Shown: positions 40,905 through 51,002 of the stretch, in pieces
How the letters are laid out: each line of letters begins with the position of its first letter
Position numbering within the stretch: position 1 is the first letter of the stretch
NCBI GenBank assembly: GCA_963733055.1
Contig: CAVTBR010000003.1
Coordinates: forward strand, 96,001-160,000
DNA from: Candidatus Bathyarchaeota archaeon
Lineage (GTDB): Archaea > Thermoproteota > Bathyarchaeia > 40CM-2-53-6
Direction: 5' to 3'
DNA: 64,000 nucleotides
The notes under the pieces: generated by a model
What the model was told of the DNA's origin: nothing
The model's input: only the letters and a program-made list of their open reading frames with translations
Databases searched by the model: none
Translations under genes and position numbers: made by a program

Positions 40905-42326
40905 ATGTCGAAGAATATTCGAATCGAAAATGATTCACTCGGCCCGGTAGAAGTCCCACTCGAGGCATACTATGGGCCAGAGACCGCCAGAGCCATTCAG
41001 AACTTCCCCATCAGCGGTTTGAGATTGCATCCGGAATTCATCCGAGCCACAGTTCTCGTGAAGAAGGCTGCCGTCGAGGCACACGTTTCACTTGGACTAT
41101 TGGACGGCAAGATTGGAAAGGCAATCGTTACAGCGGCTGACGAAATTTTACAAGGAAAATTCATGGACCAGTTTGTTCTCGACGCCTTCCAAGCAGGAGC
41201 TGGCACATCACATAACATGAACGCGAACGAAGTTTTGGCCAATCGTGCAATCGAAATTCTAGGAGGTCACAAGGGAGAGTACAAGCTAGTGAGCCCGCAC
41301 GACCATGTGAATATCTCTCAGTCGACAAACGACGCGTACCCGACTTTTATCCGGGTGGCAAGCATGCTGCTGGCTACGCCGATGATCACGGCGATAAAGT
41401 CGCTAAGAGACTCCCTTGCAGAGAAGGCGAAGCGATTCGATTATGTGGTCAAGTCGGGTCGAACCCATCTTCAGGATGCGTCTGCCATTCGCCTCGCCCA
41501 GGAGTTCGAGGCGTGGGCGATCATAGTTGGTGACGACCTCAAAACTATCGAAGCATCCTTGGACAAGATATTAGAGCTCAATTTAGGTGGAACCGCTGTT
41601 GGGACTGGCCTAAACGCCGACCCTCGCTATGTACGGTTAGCGGTTGAGAACCTTGCGAGGTATACCGGCTTCAAATTCAGAGTTGCGCGTAATTTCGCGG
41701 CGTTAATGCAATCGATGGCTGACTTCGTCAACTTATCTGGTGCGCTGCGGACGCTGAGCTTGGATCTCACGAAAATAGCGAACGATATTCGCTTGTTGAG
41801 TTCAGGCCCGGCGACGGGTGTCGGCGAAATCATTTTGCCAGCAGTTCAACCAGGTTCATCAATTATGCCAGGGAAAGTCAATCCGTCTATCGCGGAGATG
41901 CTGAACATGGTATGCTTCGAGGTTATCGGAAACGACTTCACAACAATGATGGCGGCTCAGGCTGGGCAACTCGAACTCAACGTAATGATGCCCGTGATCG
42001 CCCACGACCTGACCCAATCACTCCTCATACTAACAAACGGAATCACCGTATTCACTAACCGCCTTGTCAGAGGAATTGAAGCAAACGAGAAGCGATGCGC
42101 AGAATTGTTCGAAAAGAGCGCAGGCATTGCTTTGGCGCTAAACCCTTTCATAGGTTACGAGAAGGCGGCCGAAGTGGCAAAGGAGGCCCTTAAGCGAGGG
42201 GTTTCTTTGCGGCAGGTGGTGTTGGAGAAAGGCCTCCTTTCGGAAGCACAGTTAGCAGAAATCCTAGATCCTTACGCTATGACAACGCCAGGAGTTCACG
42301 GTAAAGGAAAGGAAAAGGGAAAGTAG
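40905..42326 (+). CDS. aspA: Aspartate ammonia-lyase / class II fumarase superfamily enzyme
   Basis: QAGAGTSHNMNANEV, SQSTND, GRTHLQDA, GSSIMPGKVNP. Confidence 0.82.
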   Translation: MSKNIRIENDSLGPVEVPLEAYYGPETARAIQNFPISGLRLHPEFIRATVLVKKAAVEAHVSLGLLDGKIGKAIVTAADEILQGKFMDQFVLDAFQAGAGTSHNMNANEVLANRAIEILGGHKGEYKLVSPHDHVNISQSTNDAYPTFIRVASMLLATPMITAIKSLRDSLAEKAKRFDYVVKSGRTHLQDASAIRLAQEFEAWAIIVGDDLKTIEASLDKILELNLGGTAVGTGLNADPRYVRLAVENLARYTGFKFRVARNFAALMQSMADFVNLSGALRTLSLDLTKIANDIRLLSSGPATGVGEIILPAVQPGSSIMPGKVNPSIAEMLNMVCFEVIGNDFTTMMAAQAGQLELNVMMPVIAHDLTQSLLILTNGITVFTNRLVRGIEANEKRCAELFEKSAGIALALNPFIGYEKAAEVAKEALKRGVSLRQVVLEKGLLSEAQLAEILDPYAMTTPGVHGKGKEKGK

Positions 42327-42333
42327 GGGGCTC

Positions 42334-43263
42334 TCAGCTCAGTTCTTGGAAGAGGCCGGTTACGTCACGGTTGTACAGGTCTTGCTTGGTGAGTGGCACT
42401 TCTTTGTATGCGGGCATTCGTGTCGCAATCATGTCTTCGAAAGTTGGTTCTTGAATTCTGTAGAACACTCCGATCGGAATCTTGTCGCCCCATTCGAATG
42501 ATCGTGCAATGCCTTGTACTTTCTTCTGGGTAACTTCGTTGGCGTCGGTCGGGTCCTTAACCATGCCATCGTAACCTGTGTCTTCGAGCTTGTATAGCCT
42601 AGGCGATTTCGTAGCTAGGTCGGCTCCGGCATACCATTCCTTTGTGTTGATGTCGTTGTACGTCGGGCAGGTTTGGAGTACGTCAACCAAGGCGCTGCCC
42701 CTGTGTAGAACCGCCGCCTTTAGCACCTCTTTCAGGTGCCTTACGTCTAGTGAGTAGCTTCTTGCAACGAATGTGTAGCCCGCAGTGATTGCGGTGGCGA
42801 TTGGATTGATTCCTTCAATTATGGCGGGAGCGGGCATCGATTTTGTTCGCAGCCCTTTCGGGAGAGTTGGTGACGATTGGCCCTTAGTCAGACCGTAGAC
42901 TTGGTTATCGTGTACTACGTATGTGAAGTCGAGATTTCGCCTTCCTGTGTGTAAGAAGTGGCCTGCTCCGATTCCGTACCCGTCGCCGTCTCCGCCGACA
43001 GCCACGACAGTCAGCGCGGTGTTGGAGAGTTTAGCTCCCGTTGCGATCGGTAGAGACCGTCCATGCAGCGTGTGGAAGCCGTAGGTGCCCACGAAGTGTG
43101 GTGTCTTGCCTGAGCATCCTATTCCTGAGAATATGGCGACGTTGTGTGGTTCCAGTTTCATCTCAAATAGAGCCATTTGGATTGCGTTGAGAATGCCGAA
43201 GTCTCCGCATCCAGGGCACCAGTCGTTGTGTACTTTCGTTCTGTAGTCTTTGAGTTCAAGCAT
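42334..43263 (-). CDS. korB: 2-oxoacid:ferredoxin oxidoreductase beta subunit
   Basis: WCPGCGDFG, SGIGCSG, GGDGD, YGLTKGQ.SPT. Confidence 0.92.
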   Translation of the reverse strand: MLELKDYRTKVHNDWCPGCGDFGILNAIQMALFEMKLEPHNVAIFSGIGCSGKTPHFVGTYGFHTLHGRSLPIATGAKLSNTALTVVAVGGDGDGYGIGAGHFLHTGRRNLDFTYVVHDNQVYGLTKGQSSPTLPKGLRTKSMPAPAIIEGINPIATAITAGYTFVARSYSLDVRHLKEVLKAAVLHRGSALVDVLQTCPTYNDINTKEWYAGADLATKSPRLYKLEDTGYDGMVKDPTDANEVTQKKVQGIARSFEWGDKIPIGVFYRIQEPTFEDMIATRMPAYKEVPLTKQDLYNRDVTGLFQELS

Positions 43264-45109
43264 GAGCCATTACAACCTCCTTTGAACCATTCTTAATCGC
43301 ATCTTTAACGCCTTCGTACACTTCGTTCTGTGACATTGCTCGCCCGTTGAATTTCAGAACCTTGTGGTCTATGGCAATCCCTGTTTGTTCACGTATTATA
43401 GCTCCGAGTTGACCCGAATAGTTGCCTTCGACGAGCACCTTCCGAGTTGAGGTGGACAAGTATTTCGTGACAAGCTCGGTGGGGAATGGGCTCATGTATC
43501 TGACCTGTAGGAAGTTGCATCTGATCGCGTCGGCTTCAAGGTCTTCCATCCCATCAAGGATGGCTCCTTTGGTTGAGCCCCAACCAACTATCGTAACGTC
43601 CGCTTTCGGAGGGCCGAAGAAGTTAACCTTCTTTTCGTCCGGGATGAGCTCTGCCGCCAGTTGGATTTTGTGCATTCGTTTCTGCATCATCTTGATTCGA
43701 TTTTCAGAGTTCTCTGAAATGCCGCCCATCTCGTCGTGTTCGTCTCCGGTGGTGTGGAAGATCCCGCCCTTTGTTCCGGGTAGGCTTCGTGGCGAAATGC
43801 CTAGGGGAGTGAACTCGTACCGTTTGTACGGATTCTTAGTCGCAAGATCAGTTTCGCTTTCGATTGCTCCGCGGTCTATTTTCAGGTTATTTGAATCTGG
43901 AAGTGGGACGGTTCTATAGCTTGATGCGAGAAACTTGTCCGCGATGACTACGACGGGCATTTGGAATTTCTCGGCATAGTTGAATGCGTCAAACGTGTCG
44001 TAGAAGCATTCCATAACATCGCCTGGGGCGACAGCAATTCGAGGAAATTCGCCGTGGCCCGCGTGCAAAACAAATTGCAAGTCTCCTTGCTCAGTTCGCG
44101 TAGGGAGACCGGTAGAGGGTCCCGTCCTTTGCCAGAGAATTACAACAGGCCCGGGAGCTTCCGTGAGACCAGCCCAACCCAGCCCTTCAGCCATTAATGA
44201 GAACCCTGGTCCCGACGTGGAGGTGGAGGCACGAACGCCCGCGTGTGCCGCCCCGGTCGCCATGAGGACGGCGGAGATTTCATCCTCCGTCTGAACTACC
44301 ACGATATTGTAGTCTTTCTGGTGGTTTTCCAGGTATTCGCTCTCATCGGTAGCTGGCGTGATGGGATAGTAGGTCTGGAATGCGCATCCGGCTTTGAATT
44401 TTCCGATACCAATCGCCTGAACTCCTCTGATCACCATTCGTTTTTCGTTTGACGGCACAGGGTGAAGCTTGTACGCGAAACCGTCGTGAAAGTTGTTCTT
44501 GATGTAATCGTAGCCCTTCCGTGCCGCACTTACGTTAAGATCACCCAGAGCCGCTTTTCGGCCCTTGAAGCCATCCTTAATCGCTTCCGAGACTAAGGTG
44601 AAGTCGTAATCGATCAAGGCTGTCGAGGCACCGAACGCCACGGTGTTTGTCATTACCTGGTATTTGCTCAGTTCATGTTCGTGGCCTGTCTCCTTCAGAG
44701 AGCTGATCAGAACATCGAGGTATGGGACTGGATAGAGGTTTACGTCCGGCCTTCCGATATCCTCAGGTTTCAACCTTAAGGCTGCGTCGTAAACTATTGC
44801 CCCGCCTGGACTCACTTCGTTCTTATGTCCGCTATGGGTAGGGAATTCCTTGTGGATGTCACCGAACAAAGTTTCCTTATCCAGTGCTACCAGAAGGTCA
44901 ATCCAATCAACGTGAGACCGAATATCTCGCTCGGACGCACGCACCCGATAGTAGCTGTGTTCTCCCTTAATGTTTGAATGGTACTCGATGTTGGCGAATA
45001 TGTGCAGTCCGCCGCGTGCGCAGGATTTCGCGAACGTCTCCGCAACTGAATTGATGCCGCCACCCTGCGGTCCCCCTATAACCCAAGTTAGATTGTTTTC
45101 TTCAGGCAG
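43256..45109 (-). CDS. korA: 2-oxoacid:ferredoxin oxidoreductase alpha subunit (probable CTG start at 45109)
   Basis: The upstream frame reads WVIGGPQGGGI...EYHSNIKGEHS; also YYPITPA, TSGPGFSLM, GPSTGLPT. Confidence 0.9.
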   Translation of the reverse strand: MPEENNLTWVIGGPQGGGINSVAETFAKSCARGGLHIFANIEYHSNIKGEHSYYRVRASERDIRSHVDWIDLLVALDKETLFGDIHKEFPTHSGHKNEVSPGGAIVYDAALRLKPEDIGRPDVNLYPVPYLDVLISSLKETGHEHELSKYQVMTNTVAFGASTALIDYDFTLVSEAIKDGFKGRKAALGDLNVSAARKGYDYIKNNFHDGFAYKLHPVPSNEKRMVIRGVQAIGIGKFKAGCAFQTYYPITPATDESEYLENHQKDYNIVVVQTEDEISAVLMATGAAHAGVRASTSTSGPGFSLMAEGLGWAGLTEAPGPVVILWQRTGPSTGLPTRTEQGDLQFVLHAGHGEFPRIAVAPGDVMECFYDTFDAFNYAEKFQMPVVVIADKFLASSYRTVPLPDSNNLKIDRGAIESETDLATKNPYKRYEFTPLGISPRSLPGTKGGIFHTTGDEHDEMGGISENSENRIKMMQKRMHKIQLAAELIPDEKKVNFFGPPKADVTIVGWGSTKGAILDGMEDLEADAIRCNFLQVRYMSPFPTELVTKYLSTSTRKVLVEGNYSGQLGAIIREQTGIAIDHKVLKFNGRAMSQNEVYEGVKDAIKNGSKEVVMAHA

Positions 45110-45238
45110 TCTTCATACCTTCCGATGGCTTTGCTGCATTCGACCGCGCTATTAGGTTTACGAGCCCTAAAACTCCTACCTCGAATACTCACGGCTAGGG
45201 GGGCGTTTGGCGCTGAAACGACATACATCGAGGCCCCC

Positions 45239-45676
45239 CTAGGCCTCGCCTATCGCCTGCAAAATAACATCTCGCCGTGACCTTGGTCCATCCAACTCGA
45301 CGAAGAAAATATTTTGCCAAGTCCCTCGCACAATCTTGTGGTTCATGATCGGAAACGTCCTCGCGTGACCCAAGAACGCAGATGCAAGATGCGAATCCGC
45401 ATTATCATCTATTTGATCATGCGAGTAGCCCGCAGATTCCGGGAACAGTGCCTCAATCTTGCTAAGCAAATCACTGAGCAAACCGGTCTCATGCTCGTTC
45501 GCCATAACCGCTGCTGTTGCATGGGGCACGCTTACCATGCAAATTCCATCTTTTACCCCCGACTCGCGCACAAACAATTCGACGTCAGATGTCAGATCGA
45601 TCAGTTGTCGCCTTCCCGAAGATTTCAGCGTCAAAACTTTGCTTGCAACAGCCAAACAGTCACACCTGCTTATCAC
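45239..45676 (-). CDS. yjbQ: YjbQ/UPF0047 family protein
   Basis: PHATAA...NE, H...DDNADSH, GTWQ.IF.VELDGPR. Confidence 0.92.
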   Translation of the reverse strand: MISRCDCLAVASKVLTLKSSGRRQLIDLTSDVELFVRESGVKDGICMVSVPHATAAVMANEHETGLLSDLLSKIEALFPESAGYSHDQIDDNADSHLASAFLGHARTFPIMNHKIVRGTWQNIFFVELDGPRSRRDVILQAIGEA

Positions 45677-45807
45677 TAGAAGAAAGTCCGTTAGCGATAA
45701 TCATACCGAAATCGAGAAATACACAGTTTGAGAAGGGAAGGGTTAGGCAGCGCATTAGAAACGCAATTCAACGAGGAAACATTGCTCGACTAGGAGGTGA
45801 CAGATGC

Positions 45808-46140
45808 TTGGCACAAAGTGAGAGCTCTTCCGGCCCGAAGGAACAGGTACGCGCTAGAGAACCAATCCCGCCTGATACGATTCTGATAGGCAAGAAGCCG
45901 ATTATGGCATACGCGACGGCAATAATGATGCATTTGCAGTCCGGAGCGAAGATATTAACCGTCAAAGCGAGAGGACGATCCATAAGCACCGCAGTCGATG
46001 TCGTAGAAGTCACCCGCCGAAGATTCTTCGCGGGCAAACTAGCCATCAAAGAAATCAGCATCGGCACTCAGGTGATAGGCGACGCCGGAGACACAAGGAA
46101 CGTCTCTACAATCGAAATCAAACTTGAAAAGACGGCCTAA
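45808..46140 (+). CDS. albA: DNA/RNA-binding protein Alba
   Basis: IGKKP.M.Y, KARGRSIS.AVDV.E, VSTIEI; AGGAGGTGA RBS before TTG 45808. Confidence 0.93.
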   Translation: MAQSESSSGPKEQVRAREPIPPDTILIGKKPIMAYATAIMMHLQSGAKILTVKARGRSISTAVDVVEVTRRRFFAGKLAIKEISIGTQVIGDAGDTRNVSTIEIKLEKTA

Positions 46141-46482
46141 ACCGTCCGCGCGGCACTCAGATTGCCTCAATTCCCCAGTTTTGTTTATTCCTGGGCTATT
46201 CCACGTTCAATTGCGAAGGTTCGTCGGTTCGCTGAAGGCCTTCGGGTAATCAACGAACTCAAGGGTCCACAACTTTGTTTCCGACGAAGCGTTCCTTCCC
46301 TATTCTGTGTGAAGTCAGAATAGGGCGCTCATCGAGATCGTCAACGATGATTATGAGAAACAAGTTTCGATGACTCATCGATTCTTGACAGTTTTCTTTA
46401 ATGAAATTTGAATAGTATTCGTTCGAGTACGCAGAACAAACACCGGGAATTGTTGCAAGCACAAAAGTGGAGAAAAGAACGA

Positions 46483-47124
46483 ATGGACCATGGTTTCATG
46501 AAAGATTGGGATACCGAGTCAAGAGAGCCAGTGATGTCGAAGGTTGGAGCGCATTTCCACCATAAAACATCGACAAAAGAACAGGTATCTTCAGCCCTCT
46601 ATCGGCTCAAAACTCAACAAAACAAACTCGAATCGGCAGCCACTAGAATGCAGCAGCACGACAAGGAAATTTTCAATAAATGTGTCAGTTCTCAACTCGC
46701 GCACGATACTGCGCGAGCAGCGATGTACGCAAATGAGTGCGCAGAAGTGCGCAAAATGGCGAAGGTGACGTTACAATGCCAGATGGCACTAGAACAGGTA
46801 TCTCTTCGCCTAGAAACAATCGAGGAGTTTGGCGACGTCGCTCGAATGATGCTCCCCGTGGCTAATGTCGTACACTCGATCAAGAACCAGATCTCTGGGG
46901 TGATGCCCGAGGTAGGTTTCGAACTCGGCCAAATTGGTGAGGTACTCAGTGGTGTCGTGGATGACACTGGTGAAGTCTCAGGGGCCGCGTATGATACCAC
47001 CGCCCCAAGCGAAGAAGCCAACAGAATCCTGGGAGAGGCCAACACGATCGCCGACCAACACATCAGGGACAAATTCCCGGAACTCCCGAGCCAGAGAATC
47101 GGAGAACACGGAATATCACAATAG
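46483..47124 (+). CDS. ESCRT-III/Snf7 (CdvB paralog)
   Basis: A.MYANECAEVRKMAK...ALEQV.LRLET..EFGD, EEA.RIL.EA. Confidence 0.9.
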   Translation: MDHGFMKDWDTESREPVMSKVGAHFHHKTSTKEQVSSALYRLKTQQNKLESAATRMQQHDKEIFNKCVSSQLAHDTARAAMYANECAEVRKMAKVTLQCQMALEQVSLRLETIEEFGDVARMMLPVANVVHSIKNQISGVMPEVGFELGQIGEVLSGVVDDTGEVSGAAYDTTAPSEEANRILGEANTIADQHIRDKFPELPSQRIGEHGISQ

Positions 47125-47127
47125 GAG

Positions 47128-47832
47128 ATGCTCAGAATGACCATTACCATCGAAGATATTGGCAGGTATCTCGGGCAACCAATTCAAGACTTGATGGGTC
47201 GACCGGCAGGGAAACTGGTCGGTCTTTCCGCCGGCGCGAAGTCCGAGGTTCAATCCATCCAAATCGCTCGACCTGAAGGAGACGTCAGCGAACAACCGAT
47301 CACATCCATCAGAATCATCGACGGACATCCCATTCTCCTACAGGCGTGGCGCGTCGAGGCCGAGGATCTGAAAAGAGAAAATGAGGTCATAAAACGCAGA
47401 CGACAAGCAATTGACTTGCTACTCAAGGACGGAGACATCGACCAATCCGAGTACAACCAACTAAGCAGCGGCTACGAAGACATCCATAAGGACATCATGA
47501 CCAAACGGGACAACCTTGTAGAGACAATGAAAAACGTTGAAGTCAAACTCGAGCAACAGATCAGAGACCTACAAACCGCACTAACGAATGACAAAATACT
47601 CTACACAGCTGCCGAAATCGATGCAATCACATACCAGACAGTAACTGAATCTTTGCGAACAGACTTAGAAATTTCAAGAAAGGAAAGGAAAGACATTGAG
47701 AACACACGCGAATCCCTGCATGACATCGACTCGCTAGAGATTCCGAAAGAAATTCCGAAGATAACTAATCAATCCTCGGCCCCGAACTACATCCCCGACG
47801 TCGTCGTAATCAAGATGCGCGAATCGGCCTAG
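47128..47832 (+). CDS. cdvA: Cell division protein CdvA
   Basis: PRC-barrel-like YLGQPIQD.MGR..GKLV, coiled coil, C-terminal VVVIK beta motif; lies before cdvB. Confidence 0.88.
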   Translation: MLRMTITIEDIGRYLGQPIQDLMGRPAGKLVGLSAGAKSEVQSIQIARPEGDVSEQPITSIRIIDGHPILLQAWRVEAEDLKRENEVIKRRRQAIDLLLKDGDIDQSEYNQLSSGYEDIHKDIMTKRDNLVETMKNVEVKLEQQIRDLQTALTNDKILYTAAEIDAITYQTVTESLRTDLEISRKERKDIENTRESLHDIDSLEIPKEIPKITNQSSAPNYIPDVVVIKMRESA

Positions 47833-47842
47833 ACATAGGGAT

Positions 47843-48649
47843 GTGTCCGCCTTCTTCCCTATCTTCAGGAGAGTCGAAGACAAACTGCACCCTGTTCCGT
47901 TGAAAGAGCGAATCGTACACGCTTCTTTTAGACTTCACTCTCAACTAGAAAAACTAGATCACATGTACACTAAACTACACCAGCGCGACACTGACCTATT
48001 TCAACGGTGTGTTGGAGCCCAGGCGTCAAACGACCCGGGGCATGCCAAAATCTTCGCTAACGAGTGCGCCGAGATCCGCAAAATCGCAAAAGTCGTACTC
48101 GCGAGTCAACTTGCGCTTGAGAGGGTAATCCTACGATTAGAAACGGTAGAAGAATTCAGCGAGGTCATGGTGGAAATAAGCCCACTCATGTCCATCGTAA
48201 AGGAAACAAAATCCAAGATCTCCGGCATAGTTCCACAAGTCGCGACCGAGCTAGACGAAGTAAACAACCTACTCGGAGACCTAACGGATGAAGCCGGCGA
48301 CGTCACTTCGAACACTTTCACCATTGAGACCAACGACGACGAGGCGAAGAAGGTTCTCGAGGAAACTGGCATCATAGCTGAGCAGAAAGTCCGCGACCAT
48401 TTCCCCGATCTATCAGCGGTCGAATCAAAACCACAGGCAAAGTCAGAGCCCATACCGGAATTCGCGACTCTGATGCCCGATATCCCCGATATGGAGGCTG
48501 GAATCGAAGAAAGGGTCGTCGATTATGCGAAGAAACACAACGGGGAACTCAATATAACATCATGCGCACAAGATATTGGCAAATCACCTGAAGAAGTGAA
48601 AGTCGCAATCCTAAGGCTAAGAGACACTGGGAAGGTTGCCATCGAGTAA
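47843..48649 (+). CDS. cdvB: CdvB (ESCRT-III with C-terminal wH domain)
   Basis: Snf7 core plus C-terminal VVDYAKKHNGELNI..CA..IG...EEVK..I..L...GKV. Confidence 0.9.
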   Translation: MSAFFPIFRRVEDKLHPVPLKERIVHASFRLHSQLEKLDHMYTKLHQRDTDLFQRCVGAQASNDPGHAKIFANECAEIRKIAKVVLASQLALERVILRLETVEEFSEVMVEISPLMSIVKETKSKISGIVPQVATELDEVNNLLGDLTDEAGDVTSNTFTIETNDDEAKKVLEETGIIAEQKVRDHFPDLSAVESKPQAKSEPIPEFATLMPDIPDMEAGIEERVVDYAKKHNGELNITSCAQDIGKSPEEVKVAILRLRDTGKVAIE

Positions 48650-48669
48650 CCGAGCAGATGTGATCGTCC

Positions 48670-49818
48670 ATGCAGGTCTCGGCATCCCAGGAACTTGAAC
48701 AAATGGCGGCTCGGTTCGCAAACGAAGCCGTACAGTTTGACAAACAAGGCGTGCGATCGAATGCAATCTCACGTTACGAACGCACAACCGAGATCCTTCT
48801 GAAATTGTGCAGCCTATACCCAGAGGCCCCCCAGAATCGACTCTACATGCAGCAAATTGAAAACTGCAAACGTAGAGTGAAAGAACTCAAGAACGGCACC
48901 GTTCAGCTTGACGACACCGACAGTTCGCAAATTAGGCGTCAACCTAAACTGGACCAATTGATTCTGACCGAGAAACCAGATGTAAAATGGAACGAGATAG
49001 CCAACTTACATGATGCTAAGAAAGCGATAGAAGAATCAATAGTCTTTCCACTTCGAAGAGCTGACCTTTTTCCACTCGGCTGGCCAAGAGGAATTTTATT
49101 CTTCGGACCGCCGGGGTGCGGCAAGACACTCCTCGCCGCAGCCATAGCGACCGAGATTGAAGCCGTGTTCTACAGGGTGGATGCACCAGCGATAATGTCA
49201 AAGTGGTTGGGTGAATCTGAAAAGAACGTGGCGGAACTCTTCACGTCCGCCCACAAGGCCTCCACTGATGGGCATCCCGTAATCATATTCATTGACGAAG
49301 TAGACTCGCTCGTCGGAATCAGGGGCGACGAGGTCGGTGGTGAGGTTAGAACCCGAAACCAGTTCCTTCAAGAAATGGACAGCATCCTCGACAAAAAGAA
49401 CCCGAGTCACGTCTACATCATAGGAGCCACAAACAAACCGTGGGCGCTAGACGAACCATTCATCCGCAGATTCCAAAAGCGGATCTACATTCCCCTTCCT
49501 GGCCCAGAAGCCAGGCGGGAAATGTTTGACATTTATGCAAAGAATCTGAGGCTTGCCAAAGACGTTGACCGGGACGCCCTGGTACAGAAGACGGGCGGGT
49601 ATTCAGGGAGCGACTTTCGTGACATATTCCAAGGCGCTCAGACGCGGGTCGTGCGAGAGTTCTTTGAAAAAGACGTTCACATTCACGATTCCAAAGGTCA
49701 AGCACGCTACATCACAATGGACGACTTTAGTGCGATACTGATGAGACGTAAGCCAAGCGTCTCGCCGCAAATGCTCGGATTGTACGATAAGTGGTTTGAA
49801 ACTTACAAGGCACTTTGA
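48670..49818 (+). CDS. cdvC: CdvC / Vps4 AAA+ ATPase
   Basis: MIT domain, LGWPRGILFFGPPGCGKT, SKWLGESEKN, FIDEVD, RRFQKRI. Confidence 0.95.
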   Translation: MQVSASQELEQMAARFANEAVQFDKQGVRSNAISRYERTTEILLKLCSLYPEAPQNRLYMQQIENCKRRVKELKNGTVQLDDTDSSQIRRQPKLDQLILTEKPDVKWNEIANLHDAKKAIEESIVFPLRRADLFPLGWPRGILFFGPPGCGKTLLAAAIATEIEAVFYRVDAPAIMSKWLGESEKNVAELFTSAHKASTDGHPVIIFIDEVDSLVGIRGDEVGGEVRTRNQFLQEMDSILDKKNPSHVYIIGATNKPWALDEPFIRRFQKRIYIPLPGPEARREMFDIYAKNLRLAKDVDRDALVQKTGGYSGSDFRDIFQGAQTRVVREFFEKDVHIHDSKGQARYITMDDFSAILMRRKPSVSPQMLGLYDKWFETYKAL

Positions 49819-49832
49819 GGAGAAAATAAAGA

Positions 49833-50330
49833 ATGTTAGACGCAATAGACTACAAGATCTTGGCGGAACTGGTGGACAACGCGAAATCTTCCTTCGCCGA
49901 GATCGGACGAAAATTGAGCCTTCACCCGAACGTAGTAGCCTACAGAGTGAACAAGCTCGAAAGGAGTGGGGTAATCAAGGATTACACTGCTGGACTGGAC
50001 CTTGAGAAGCTTGGAGTCGCCGAACAGATACTAGTAGGCGCAAGTTTTCCACGCGACGCCGGCCGCGACGACATAATAGACAAGATCGCAGCCATCCCAC
50101 AAACAGTCAAGGTTGTGAGTTCGCTCGGCGAACCTGAAAGTCTCGTTTTCCTAGTTGGAAAGAACAAGACCGAGATAGAGAAGTTAATGACTAAACTCAG
50201 ATCGTTAGACATCAAAATTCAGTACACGGGTTCCATAATCCGAACCTTTGAGGAAGGCAGACTAGGGAACTTCCTCAAAATTCTCGCTCGTGAACACGAG
50301 ACTGCGGAAATTCAGAACGGAACATTATGA
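49833..50330 (+). CDS. Lrp/AsnC family transcriptional regulator
   Basis: LDAIDYKIL.EL..NAK.SFAEIG.KL....V..RV.KLE..GVIK.Y..LD.EKLG. Confidence 0.92.
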   Translation: MLDAIDYKILAELVDNAKSSFAEIGRKLSLHPNVVAYRVNKLERSGVIKDYTAGLDLEKLGVAEQILVGASFPRDAGRDDIIDKIAAIPQTVKVVSSLGEPESLVFLVGKNKTEIEKLMTKLRSLDIKIQYTGSIIRTFEEGRLGNFLKILAREHETAEIQNGTL

Positions 50331-50346
50331 AGGGGGGATAGATAGA

Positions 50347-50952
50347 ATGTTCAAGGAAAGAACACCGTTATCCAAGAAGATTAAGGAAGCCATACGACCC
50401 ACACCCATGAGAAAACGGATAAGCGAATGCCTCTTCAAACTAAAGCTGCAAGGACGAAAACTTGAGAGAACTTCATACCACATGCAACAACGCGACCAAG
50501 CACTGTACGGCAAATGCGTCTTAGCGGTTCAGGGCAAGAATACCGAATTAGCATCCATGTACGCAAACGAATGCGCTGAACTCAGAAAGATGGCGAAGGT
50601 AGTGTTACACAGCGAACTCGCACTGGAACAAGTAACCCTGAGACTAGAGACGGTCAACGAATTCGGCCAGGTCGCATACACAATGCTACCAGTCGTCGGG
50701 GTCGTGAGAACATTGAAATCACAGTTGGAAGGCGTCCTGCCCGAAGTTTCAATGGAACTATCGCAGGTTAACGAAACCCTCGAAGGGCTAACCATGGAGG
50801 TCGGTGAGGCTACGGAAAACAGCTTCGACCTATCAGCTTCAAGCGGAGAATCGCAGAAAATACTGACCGAAGCGAACTTCGTCGCAGAGCAGAAGATGAA
50901 GGAACGATTCCCGGAGCTCCCGCCAATACCCACAAGCGAAGCACGCGTGTAA
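50347..50952 (+). CDS. ESCRT-III/Snf7 (CdvB paralog)
   Basis: MYANECAELRKMAK..LALEQV.LRLETV.EFG, KILTEA...AEQKMKERFPELP. Confidence 0.9.
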   Translation: MFKERTPLSKKIKEAIRPTPMRKRISECLFKLKLQGRKLERTSYHMQQRDQALYGKCVLAVQGKNTELASMYANECAELRKMAKVVLHSELALEQVTLRLETVNEFGQVAYTMLPVVGVVRTLKSQLEGVLPEVSMELSQVNETLEGLTMEVGEATENSFDLSASSGESQKILTEANFVAEQKMKERFPELPPIPTSEARV

Positions 50953-51002
50953 GGCAAAACCCAAAACCCCCTCTCTTCTCTTATTTTCTTTAGGGACCGA
51001 AC

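Noticed and set aside
44820-44875. Apparent ~12-aa insertion in KorA as an in-frame BHB intron
   Set aside because: An outer stem is possible but the central 4-bp helix does not pair.
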